64,000 nucleotides of DNA from Turneriella sp. (lineage in GTDB: Bacteria; Spirochaetota; Leptospiria; Turneriellales; Turneriellaceae): the NCBI GenBank assembly GCA_046346875.1, contig JAXMHG010000006.1, forward strand, positions 54,478-118,477. The letters are read 5' to 3'. Position numbers and translations under genes: made by a program. The notes below the pieces were generated by a model, which worked only from the letters and a program-made list of their open reading frames with translations, did no database searches and had not been told where the DNA came from. Positions 1 to 8,101 of this stretch are shown here, in pieces; within the stretch, counting starts at the first letter, position 1, and the number at the start of each line of letters is the position of its first letter.

Positions 1-15
1 TGTTTGTGTGGGATT

Positions 16-41
16 GACGGGTTCCTGAAAAGGAACCCGTC
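16..41. terminator. Perfect 11-bp hairpin (GACGGGTTCCT-GAAA-AGGAACCCGTC) just downstream of the minus-strand small gene; member of a small hairpin family
   Basis: Inverted repeat read directly from the sequence; lies 8 nt after the TAA of ORF 50-232. Confidence 0.6.
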
Positions 42-49
42 CGTTCAAC

Positions 50-232
50 TTACTTCTTCTTCGCGGCTTTTTTCTGCTCTTGCTTTGCCTGTCGCTCAGC
101 TTTTTCTGCAGCTTTCTTTTCTTTGTAAGCTTTCGCTTTGTTTTCGTCGCGAATCTGTTTTTCGGTTTTTGCGCTCACTGAAACCGAGAGCAGTGTGGTT
201 GCGGCAACGAGTGCCATGAGTATTTTTTTCAT
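50..232 (-). CDS. Small exported Lys/Ala/Glu-rich protein (60 aa)
   Basis: Sec-type signal peptide MKKILMALVAATTLLSVSVSA, then a charged helical tail; hairpin follows the stop. Confidence 0.7.
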   Translation of the reverse strand: MKKILMALVAATTLLSVSVSAKTEKQIRDENKAKAYKEKKAAEKAERQAKQEQKKAAKKK

Positions 233-269
233 CGGCGGATGCAGTCACGGCAGATCATGGCACGTAAAG

Positions 270-1211
270 TCAGACTCGGCACAGCAACGCCGCGCGATAC
301 GGTGGGGGATAACCTTCTTTGCTCCACGCGTCGCCCTCGCGCAGGTGATCTGCGAGGCTCGCCTGTGGTGAAAATTCACTGCGGCGCTGTTCGGCCGGAA
401 GCAGCGGATCGGAGTAGAGCAGCGTGACGTTCTGAAATCCCACGAACCCGAGCTGCCGCTTGAGCGCACGCGGCGAAGGTATCGCGTACACGCCACCGAT
501 GCCGGCGTATTTGCCTTCGGGAAAAATTTCAAGGTCGGCGTCCGCCTGCACTACCACCGATTCGCAGATGAGGGCACCACCTTCGCGCAGGGCGTAGCTG
601 CAGGCATGAAACATTTCGAGTGGGTCGGGGTCATGGTAATTCACGCCCATGAGAAATATGGTGTCGAAAGTCCGCGGCATCTGCCACAGCACCTGCCAGC
701 CGAGTGGCAGAAAGTCCGCGACTTGCCCGGTATGCGCTGCGATGAGTTGGTACTGCAACCAGTACTTCAGCGTTGGGTCGAGGCCGAGAATATTTTTTGC
801 ACCTGCTGCAGCGATGCGGTACAGGTAGTAGCCGTTGTTGCAGCCGACATCGGCGACGGTTTTGCCTGCCATATCAGGCAAGTGGGATTTCAGGCGGTTC
901 CATTTTATATCCGAACGCCATTCGGCGTCAATCTGCAGTCCGCCGAGTTCAAACGGACCTTTACGCCAAGGGATAAGATCGCGCGCAATCTGCTCGGCGC
1001 CTGCGAGCAGCTGGGCACTGCGGACAGCGCCATCTTGTATGCTGAAACCCGGTGCGGGAGTTTTTCCGGAACCTGCCAGTGCTCCAATGCGTGCCAGCAG
1101 TTCGGTCAGCCCGGTGGTTGCGAGTTTTTCTTCCTGCCGCGCCAGTTCTTCGGTCAGCGCACCCGAATTCTCGGGCAAATAACCGGGCAGCGAAAACTGA
1201 AGCCCCGCCAT
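270..1211 (-). CDS. cmoB: tRNA cmo5U(34) carboxymethyltransferase CmoB
   Basis: PWRKGPF, IDAEWRSDIKW, DVGCNNGY motifs; ATG abuts the cmoA stop (TAAATG). Confidence 0.92.
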   Translation of the reverse strand: MAGLQFSLPGYLPENSGALTEELARQEEKLATTGLTELLARIGALAGSGKTPAPGFSIQDGAVRSAQLLAGAEQIARDLIPWRKGPFELGGLQIDAEWRSDIKWNRLKSHLPDMAGKTVADVGCNNGYYLYRIAAAGAKNILGLDPTLKYWLQYQLIAAHTGQVADFLPLGWQVLWQMPRTFDTIFLMGVNYHDPDPLEMFHACSYALREGGALICESVVVQADADLEIFPEGKYAGIGGVYAIPSPRALKRQLGFVGFQNVTLLYSDPLLPAEQRRSEFSPQASLADHLREGDAWSKEGYPPPYRAALLCRV

Positions 1212-1940
1212 TTACGCCTTCAATGCCAGGAAAGAAGTAAATCCGTAACACTTGAAGAAGATCGACACCGGGTTGAAGCCGGCTTCACGCAGCATCTCGA
1301 TGTTCTCGCTCACCCGAAAGGGAATCAGCACGTTTTCGAGAGCCTCGCGTTTTTCGGCAATCTCGAGCTCGCTGTAGCCGTTGCGCGCTTTCATCGCGTG
1401 GTAGTGGTCGGCGTACAGGCGCGAGACATCTGCCGAGTCTTCGAGGCATTTTTCCGACAAGAGCAGGCAGCCGTCACTCGCGAGCGCGGTGTAGATGCGG
1501 CGTAGCAGTGCCTGCCTCGCGAGCGGCTTGAGGAACTGGAAGGTATAGTTAGAGACGAAGACGGACGCGGGCTTGAATTCCAGCCTGGTAATGTCGGCAA
1601 CACTGAATTCTGCCTTCATTGCCCCCGAATTAATTCGGGGGCAATGAAGGTTAGCTTTCAAAATCATGTCGTCTGAGTTGTCGATGCCCGTATATAAATA
1701 AGGCAATCCGGCAAATTGTTCTTCTATATGAGGCAGCAGTGCCCCGGTTGAACAGCCGAGATCATAGATCTGCGTGCCCGGCTGGTAGAAGTCATGCGCG
1801 AGTTCGGCGGTCATGCGCAGCACCTCGCGGTAAAAGGGCACCGAGCGAGAGACCATGTCGTCGAAAACTTCGGCCACCTGCGCGTTGAATTCGAAGGGTG
1901 TTTTACCCGAACCGGGGCGCTTGAAGATTTCGTCACGCAT
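1212..1940 (-). CDS. cmoA: Carboxy-S-adenosyl-L-methionine synthase CmoA
   Basis: FEFNAQVAEVFDDMVSRSVPFY, YDLGCSTG, KARNGYSELEIAEKREALENVLIP. Confidence 0.95.
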   Translation of the reverse strand: MRDEIFKRPGSGKTPFEFNAQVAEVFDDMVSRSVPFYREVLRMTAELAHDFYQPGTQIYDLGCSTGALLPHIEEQFAGLPYLYTGIDNSDDMILKANLHCPRINSGAMKAEFSVADITRLEFKPASVFVSNYTFQFLKPLARQALLRRIYTALASDGCLLLSEKCLEDSADVSRLYADHYHAMKARNGYSELEIAEKREALENVLIPFRVSENIEMLREAGFNPVSIFFKCYGFTSFLALKA

Positions 1941-1950
1941 GGGTTGGCTC

Positions 1951-3516
1951 TCAGAGCACCTTCATGACCACCATGGTCATGTCGTCGTGTTGTTCAGCGC
2001 CCGAGGCAAACTCGTCGAGGTCACGCACGAAGTTCTCGATGATTTCTTTTGGGTTGAGGTTCGCGTATTCGGTCAGCTTTTCGCGCACGCGCTTCAGGCT
2101 GAATTCTTCTTTTGCGGTATTCCAGCATTCGGTAATACCGTCGGTATAGAGCATCACGATGTCGCCGCTGTTCAGCTGCATCTTTGCCAGCTTGTACTGG
2201 TTCTCTTCTTCAATACCCATCGGCAGGCCTTCTAGTTTGCTGGCGGTGCAGATCTTGCGGTCGGCCCGGTAGAGGAACAGCGGGCCATGGCCACCGTTCG
2301 AAAACTCCAGTGTTTTTGTGGCGGGGTCAAAAATGAAGAACTGGATGGTGGCAAACTTGTCGATGTGCGCTTCGCCGCACATCACGCGGTTGATCGTGCG
2401 GATGATCGTGTCGCCGCGGATGGTATTAAAAAGTTTCAGGTATGTGGACACAACGGTTTTGATCAAAACCATCACGAGCGACGCCGAGATGGATTTTCCG
2501 CTCACGTCCGAAATCAGCACGGCGATACGACCATCGCCGAGCATCTGGAAGTCGTAGTAGTCACCACCGACGCCCTTGGCGGCGCGGGTGAAGCCCTTGA
2601 TCTGGTACTCGGGTTTCTTCAAAAAGCGCGAAGGGTTCATCCCTTCCTGGATTTCTTTTGCCTGTCGCACCTGGTCGTTGAAGACGGCCTGTTCTTTTGC
2701 CTCTTCACTCGCCTTCTTGAGGCTCGCGGTCATCTCGTTGAACTGTTTAGCCAGCTGTCCCAGCTCGTCGCTGCCTAGCGGGGGCAAGGTGACGTCGAGG
2801 TTGCCTTTGCCGACTTCGGCCGCTCCTTTTGACAGGACTTTTACCGGTTTAACGATGAAGCGGGAAAGCAGGTAAGCCGCAAAAAGAGCCGCGATAAAAA
2901 AGATACCTCCCACGATGAGCAGCTCGATGAGGCTTGCGCGAATCGACTTGTTGATGTACTCGTCGGTGACCGCGACCTGTGCCACCCCGAGCAGAGGAGG
3001 GTTAACTTTGACGAAGGGGTGAAAGACCGGGCGGTGAAAGTATTGGACGTTGATGTCTTTGTCTCCGAGAAACGCTTTTTCTATTCGGTGGCCTAAGGCT
3101 ACAGGAGAGGCGACAATGGTGTCCCAGTGCGCACGAACTGTTTCTATACCGTCCCGCTCCACTTCTTTCTGCTTTTCGCCGAGCTCTTTGCCCGTACGGT
3201 TGATGAGCGAATTTTTTTTCGGGGGTACGTAGACTGCGCCAATCGTAAACCCCGGCAGGCCCTGCGCATTCTGCAGCGAGTCGGCGAGCGCCAGGTCGTC
3301 GCGGTCCAGAATTGCCCGCGAGGCGATGAAGGTTAGACTCGCGAGCTCCTTCTTCGCGGTGGCCGAGGCAGTCTCGGTAAGAATATTCTTTTTCTCCCGT
3401 GCCACGTAGATTCCCATCGCCACGAAAACGGCGGTGATCAGGGCGACGATGAGCAGGGTGAGCTTAAATTGCAGGCCAAAACGCACGGTGACGGCATTTC
3501 GCTGCAAAATTGACAC
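1951..3516 (-). CDS. Membrane HAMP + PP2C/SpoIIE (RsbU-like) Ser/Thr phosphatase
   Basis: Two TM helices, HAMP (DELGQLAKQFNEM), VGGDYYDF, DVSGK, YTDGITE, QHDDMT. Confidence 0.88.
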   Translation of the reverse strand: MSILQRNAVTVRFGLQFKLTLLIVALITAVFVAMGIYVAREKKNILTETASATAKKELASLTFIASRAILDRDDLALADSLQNAQGLPGFTIGAVYVPPKKNSLINRTGKELGEKQKEVERDGIETVRAHWDTIVASPVALGHRIEKAFLGDKDINVQYFHRPVFHPFVKVNPPLLGVAQVAVTDEYINKSIRASLIELLIVGGIFFIAALFAAYLLSRFIVKPVKVLSKGAAEVGKGNLDVTLPPLGSDELGQLAKQFNEMTASLKKASEEAKEQAVFNDQVRQAKEIQEGMNPSRFLKKPEYQIKGFTRAAKGVGGDYYDFQMLGDGRIAVLISDVSGKSISASLVMVLIKTVVSTYLKLFNTIRGDTIIRTINRVMCGEAHIDKFATIQFFIFDPATKTLEFSNGGHGPLFLYRADRKICTASKLEGLPMGIEEENQYKLAKMQLNSGDIVMLYTDGITECWNTAKEEFSLKRVREKLTEYANLNPKEIIENFVRDLDEFASGAEQHDDMTMVVMKVL

Positions 3517-3576
3517 CCTATGTCAAACACTAGTTTGGGAGCGGGCTGCTCACTGCGGCCCACCTCCAAAACGACT

Positions 3577-5499
3577 ATGAGTACAACACAAACCTTTGAA
3601 TTTCAGGCTGAAACAAGACAGCTGATGGATCTCATGATCCACTCCATCTATTCGCACAAAGAGATCTTTCTGCGCGAACTGATCTCGAACGCGTCCGATG
3701 CGATTGACAAGCGTAAATTCCTCGGTTTGACTGACAAGTCTGTAACCCAGGAAACCAACAATTTCATTCGCATCGAAGTCGACAAGACCGCGCGCCGGCT
3801 CACGATTACCGACACGGGCATCGGCATGAGCCGCGACGAGGTCGTGCAGAATATCGGTACGATCGCGCGTTCGGGCACGAAAGAGCTCATCGAGAAGGCG
3901 AAGGCTTCAAAAGATGCCGTCGATCTGATTGGCCAGTTTGGTGTAGGCTTTTACTCCGCCTTTATGGTGGCCGACAAGATCACGATGATTACCCGCCGTG
4001 CCAACGAAGAATCGGCGACCCGCTGGGTATCGACCGGCGCAGGCACGTACACTATCGACGACGACAGCCGTGCGATGCCGGGTACAACCATAACCCTCGA
4101 CCTCAAGCCGGCTGACAAAGAAAACGGCCTGGCTGATTTCTGCGATGAGTTCGAAATTGAGTCGGTCGTGAAGAAGTATTCTGACTTCATCACATACCCG
4201 ATTTTGATGAAGAAGACCATCTACAAGACCGTCGGCGAAGGCCAGGACGCCAAAACTGAAGAAAGCATCGAAGAAGCGACGCTCAATTCGATGAAGCCGA
4301 TCTGGACCCGCAGCAAGAGCGACGTCAAAGACGAAGAATACAACGAGTTCTATAAGCACATCTCGCACGACTGGGAAGATCCCCTCAAGGTGATCAGCTA
4401 CCGCGCCGAAGGGCGTATCGAATACGTCGCGTTGCTTTACCTGCCGAAGCGGGCGCCATTTGATCTCTACTACACGAGCTTCAAGGGCGGCCTGCAGCTC
4501 TACGTAAAGAAGGTACTGATTCTTGAACGCGCTGAAGAGCTGCTGCCGCGTTACCTGCGTTTCGTGCGCGGCGTCATTGAAAGCGCTGACCTGCCGCTCA
4601 ACATCTCGCGTGAGATTCTGCAACAAGACCGCCACATCACGGCGATTCGCAAGGGTCTGACGACCAAGATCATTTCAACGCTGACAGACCTGCTCGAGAA
4701 GGAGCGCGAAAAGTATGCAGACTTCTACCGTGAATTCGGGCCGGCGATCAAAGAAGGCGCTTCGACTGATTTCGAGAACAAGGACAAACTTGCCGGGCTT
4801 CTGCTCTTTGCCTCGTCTGCAGACAAAGAAAAAACCACGACGCTGCAGGAATACATCGATCGCATGAAGGCAGAGCAGAAAGAGATCTACTATCTTTCCG
4901 GCGAGTCGCGCCTGACGCTCGAGAACTCCCCGCACACCGAATCGCTGCGCGCCAAAGGTTACGAGATCCTCTACCTTGTAGACGCGTACGATGAAATTGT
5001 GCTGCAGAACATCGGCGAGTTCAACGGCAAGAAGTTCAAGTCAGCCAGCAAGGGTGAGCTTGACCTCGCTGACGAGAAACAGAAAGAAAAGGACAGCGAG
5101 AAAGTCAAAGAGGCAGAAAAAGCCATGGGTGCCCTGCTGGGTTGCCTGAAAGAGAACCTCAAAGACCAGGTGAAGGACGTGAAGTTCAGCTCTGTGCTGG
5201 TGAGCGCTCCGTCGCGCGTGGTCGGCGAAGACTTCGACATGTCGCCGTACCTCGAGAAAATTCTCGCGCGCAACGGCGAGAAAGTAGCGCCGCGCCTCAA
5301 GACGCTCGAAATCAATCCCGACCATGATCTGGTGAAAAAGCTCAATGCGCGCTACGAAGCGAACCCGGGCGATCCGCTGCTCGCGGACTACGCGCAACTG
5401 CTCTGGGGCCATGCAGTGATCGCTGACGGCGGCGAGATCAAAGACGTTGCCCGTTTCAACAAGTCGCTGCTGGCAGTGGCTTCAGGGGCGCTGCAATAA
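3577..5499 (+). CDS. htpG: Molecular chaperone HtpG (Hsp90)
   Basis: FEFQAETRQLMDLMIHSIYSHKEIFLRELISNASDA, IGQFGVGFYSAF; start moved from 3520 to the ATG at 3577. Confidence 0.97.
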   Translation: MSTTQTFEFQAETRQLMDLMIHSIYSHKEIFLRELISNASDAIDKRKFLGLTDKSVTQETNNFIRIEVDKTARRLTITDTGIGMSRDEVVQNIGTIARSGTKELIEKAKASKDAVDLIGQFGVGFYSAFMVADKITMITRRANEESATRWVSTGAGTYTIDDDSRAMPGTTITLDLKPADKENGLADFCDEFEIESVVKKYSDFITYPILMKKTIYKTVGEGQDAKTEESIEEATLNSMKPIWTRSKSDVKDEEYNEFYKHISHDWEDPLKVISYRAEGRIEYVALLYLPKRAPFDLYYTSFKGGLQLYVKKVLILERAEELLPRYLRFVRGVIESADLPLNISREILQQDRHITAIRKGLTTKIISTLTDLLEKEREKYADFYREFGPAIKEGASTDFENKDKLAGLLLFASSADKEKTTTLQEYIDRMKAEQKEIYYLSGESRLTLENSPHTESLRAKGYEILYLVDAYDEIVLQNIGEFNGKKFKSASKGELDLADEKQKEKDSEKVKEAEKAMGALLGCLKENLKDQVKDVKFSSVLVSAPSRVVGEDFDMSPYLEKILARNGEKVAPRLKTLEINPDHDLVKKLNARYEANPGDPLLADYAQLLWGHAVIADGGEIKDVARFNKSLLAVASGALQ

Positions 5500-5500
5500 A

Positions 5501-5550
5501 GCCTCCCCCCAGGCCCCTCCCCTTAAAGGGAGGGGAGCCTGAAGGGCGGG
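5501..5550. repeat. REP-like C-run/G-run palindrome (AGGCCCCTCCCCT-TAA-AGGGAGGGGAGCCT)
   Basis: Imperfect inverted repeat immediately after the htpG stop; resembles widespread CCCTCCC/GGGAGGG extragenic palindromes. Confidence 0.5.
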
Positions 5551-5609
5551 GTGGGGCGAACCGTGAGCGCCACCTGGTTGCGCTGTGGCGGGCGTACATT
5601 GACCACCCC

Positions 5610-6692
5610 ATGGCGCGGCAGGCCGATAAGTGGCTTGCGGGTTATTTTCGCGAGCACAAGAGCTATGGCAAACGCGACCGGCGTTGGTACAGCGAAGAGT
5701 TCTTTCGCCGGCTGCGCACGGTCATCGGTTATTTGCCCGAAGAAGCGGCTAGCGACGCCGCCTCTGCCTGGCGCGCCTTAGCATCGGTAGACTGGGCGCG
5801 CAGCACCCAGTCTACTGGTGCAGACACTCTGCCACGTACCTGGAAAAAATGGCTCGAACATTCTTCAATCCGACAGGCGAAGATACCGCAATTTCTGGAA
5901 CAGCTCGCAACCAAACCACCGCTCTACCTGCGCGCCAACTATATCGACCGCGTGCCCGAAATCGAAGTCGAGCTACGCGCGGCGGGTTTTTCCGTCGAAA
6001 CGCTGCGGCACGACGAGCGTTGGGTCACATTTAGAGTCGAGGGGGAGCTGCCCGTTTACGAACTGGCAGCGCTGAAGAAAGGCTGGCTCGAGATCCAGGA
6101 CCTCGCTTCGCAGCACCTGGGTGCCGCAGTCGATGCACACCCGGGCATGGCCGTATGGGATGTCTGCGCCGGCGGTGGTGGCAAGACTATGCAGATTGCG
6201 TCGCAGATGCAGAACCGCGGTGTGCTCTATGCCTCGGACATTCGTGACTATAAACTCGACGAGTTGAAGCTGAGAGCGCGCCGCGCAGGTTTTCATAACA
6301 TACGGCGTTTCGTCTACGACGCCGAGACACAGGTTGAGCCAACCCGCGAGGTTACGAATGCCGGCGGTTTCCACCGTATACTCGTCGATGCACCGTGTTC
6401 GTCGTCAGGTACGCTCCGCCGCAATCCCGACGTGCGCTTCCGTATCATGCCCGATGATCCTGCGAAGTTTGCCGCTTTGCAGCTGAAGATACTCAGTGCA
6501 GTGCAAGGTTACCTGCGCCCCGGCGGTCGGCTGGTCTACAGTACCTGCAGCGTATTTAAAACTGAGAATGAAGATGTCGTGCAGTCATTTATCGCGCAGC
6601 ATCCTGGTTTCAAAATCGTTGAGTCGCGCTGGGTGGGCTCACCCGACCTCGACAGCGATACGATGTTTTATTCGATTCTCGATAGACTCTGA
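5610..6692 (+). CDS. RsmB/RsmF (NOL1/NOP2/Sun) family RNA m5C methyltransferase; start uncertain
   Basis: IQDLASQ, DVCAGGGGKT, LVDAPCSSSG, YSTCS catalytic cysteine motifs. Confidence 0.88.
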   Translation: MARQADKWLAGYFREHKSYGKRDRRWYSEEFFRRLRTVIGYLPEEAASDAASAWRALASVDWARSTQSTGADTLPRTWKKWLEHSSIRQAKIPQFLEQLATKPPLYLRANYIDRVPEIEVELRAAGFSVETLRHDERWVTFRVEGELPVYELAALKKGWLEIQDLASQHLGAAVDAHPGMAVWDVCAGGGGKTMQIASQMQNRGVLYASDIRDYKLDELKLRARRAGFHNIRRFVYDAETQVEPTREVTNAGGFHRILVDAPCSSSGTLRRNPDVRFRIMPDDPAKFAALQLKILSAVQGYLRPGGRLVYSTCSVFKTENEDVVQSFIAQHPGFKIVESRWVGSPDLDSDTMFYSILDRL

Positions 6693-6729
6693 ATTATCGG
6701 AGAGGCTTTGCCTCTCCGATAATTCAGAG
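6687..6729. terminator. Bidirectional terminator-like hairpin, 20-bp perfect stem, between convergent genes
   Basis: CTCTGAATTATCGGAGAGGC-TTT-GCCTCTCCGATAATTCAGAG; contains the stop codons of both genes. Confidence 0.75.
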
Positions 6730-7518
6730 ATAAAGCTCAGTAAGATTCTTCGTCAGGTACTCAAACGCATCCTGCGGCTCGTCAGAAAAGTGCACGAGCT
6801 TGATATCTTCCCACTTGATCATGCGCCACCGGGCCATCGCTTCGAAGTTGATGACCTGATCCCAATATTCCTTACCGAAGATGACGATCGGCAGGCGCTT
6901 CTGTACCTTGCGTGTCTGTACCAGGGTGAGCACTTCAAAGAGTTCGTCGAGCGTACCGTAGCCGCCGGGGAAAATCACCAGCGCCTTCGCCAGGTTCATC
7001 AGCCAGAACTTGCGCATGAAGAAGTAATGGAACTCGAAGTTGAGGGTCTGCGTGATATAAGGGTTCGGTTCCTGCTCGAACGGCAGAGAGATGTTCATGC
7101 CGACAGAAAGTCCGCGCGCGTGTGCTGCACCGCGGTTTGCGGCTTCCATAATTCCAGGACCTCCGCCTGAACAGATGAGAAACCTGCGCGCTTCGGCGGG
7201 CAGCGATTTCGACCACTGTGTGAGCTTGTACGCCAGGCGCACGGCATCCTTGTAGTAGCGCAGGCGCAGGTTAAAATGCGCAGCCTCGACGTCGTTCCAT
7301 TCACCGGCAGCCTGTAGCTTCTCGCGCTCCTCTTTGGCCTGGTGGGGTGCCGGCAGGCGCGCTGAGCCGAAAAAAACGATGGTATCCTTGACGCGCAATT
7401 TCTCAAAATGGGTCAGTGGCATCAGGTATTCAGCCTGTATGCGAAGCGGCCGTGCATCAAAAGAAGTCATGAATTCAGGATCTTCGTATGCCTTGAACAG
7501 GGCGCGCTTTTTGGTCAT
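6724..7518 (-). CDS. LOG / TIGR00730 family nucleotide monophosphate nucleosidase
   Basis: FFGSAR, SGGGPGIMEAANRGA, FHYFFMRK, PGGYGTLDELFE; start set at MTKK (7518). Confidence 0.9.
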   Translation of the reverse strand: MTKKRALFKAYEDPEFMTSFDARPLRIQAEYLMPLTHFEKLRVKDTIVFFGSARLPAPHQAKEEREKLQAAGEWNDVEAAHFNLRLRYYKDAVRLAYKLTQWSKSLPAEARRFLICSGGGPGIMEAANRGAAHARGLSVGMNISLPFEQEPNPYITQTLNFEFHYFFMRKFWLMNLAKALVIFPGGYGTLDELFEVLTLVQTRKVQKRLPIVIFGKEYWDQVINFEAMARWRMIKWEDIKLVHFSDEPQDAFEYLTKNLTELYL

Positions 7519-7567
7519 ATGCTGTACTATCGGCATATTCGCCCTCGTTGCCTTGGCATTTCCCACT

Positions 7568-8101
7568 ATGGCTGGCACCCGCCCGGGTACCAGCTACGAT
7601 CGTTTCAGGCCACTGCCCAGCGAAAAAGACATACTGCTGCTGCGCAATGCCCCGCTGCATGTCATCGAGGGTACCGGCGCTGCGGGTATGCTGCTCGGCG
7701 AAACGGAGACCGATTTGCGCGCGCGCTACGGTGAACCCGCGTACCGCACGTACTCCGACCCGGAAACGCTTACCTACACCGAGGCAACTTTCAACGCAGA
7801 GTTCGTGATGAAAAATGACCGCATTCGCGAAATACACCTCGAAATCGAAAAACACAAGTCACCCTCGCTAGAGTTTTTTACCGCGCTGGGGTTGCACGAA
7901 ACGCAGCTCAGGGGGCTTAACAGCGAGCAGGCTGGCAGATTCCTGGGGGAGTTCTACCGTTCCCGCAGGTGGCGCGTGGTGGGCAATGAAGTCGATGTTT
8001 ACGGCCGCGGCATCCGTTTCCGTTTCAGGGGAAATCGTCTGATACGTCTGGCAGTCTATGAGCCGCAGGCCTACAGCGCTGCCGGAGAGGACATTCCATG
8101 A
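7568..8101 (+). CDS. Hypothetical, probably exported protein coupled to cheR; start unresolved
   Basis: Open frame with good codon usage; stop overlaps the cheR start (ATGA at 8098-8101); hydrophobic stretch just upstream of ATG 7568. Confidence 0.6.
   Translation: MAGTRPGTSYDRFRPLPSEKDILLLRNAPLHVIEGTGAAGMLLGETETDLRARYGEPAYRTYSDPETLTYTEATFNAEFVMKNDRIREIHLEIEKHKSPSLEFFTALGLHETQLRGLNSEQAGRFLGEFYRSRRWRVVGNEVDVYGRGIRFRFRGNRLIRLAVYEPQAYSAAGEDIP

Noticed and set aside
606-1505. 299-aa plus-strand ORF, and similar long antisense ORFs (3907-4635, 15561-16259, 40177-40905, 44957-45742, 60872-61597)
   Set aside because: Shadows of well-supported genes on the opposite strand; no motifs, and expected in high-GC3 DNA
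3520-3576. Longer htpG N-terminus from the ORF track
   Set aside because: Homology begins at MSTTQTFEFQAE; the extension would abut the divergent gene start and leave no promoter space
7334-7567. 255-aa version of the hypothetical gene
   Set aside because: Would overlap about 185 nt of the conserved LOG coding region on the opposite strand
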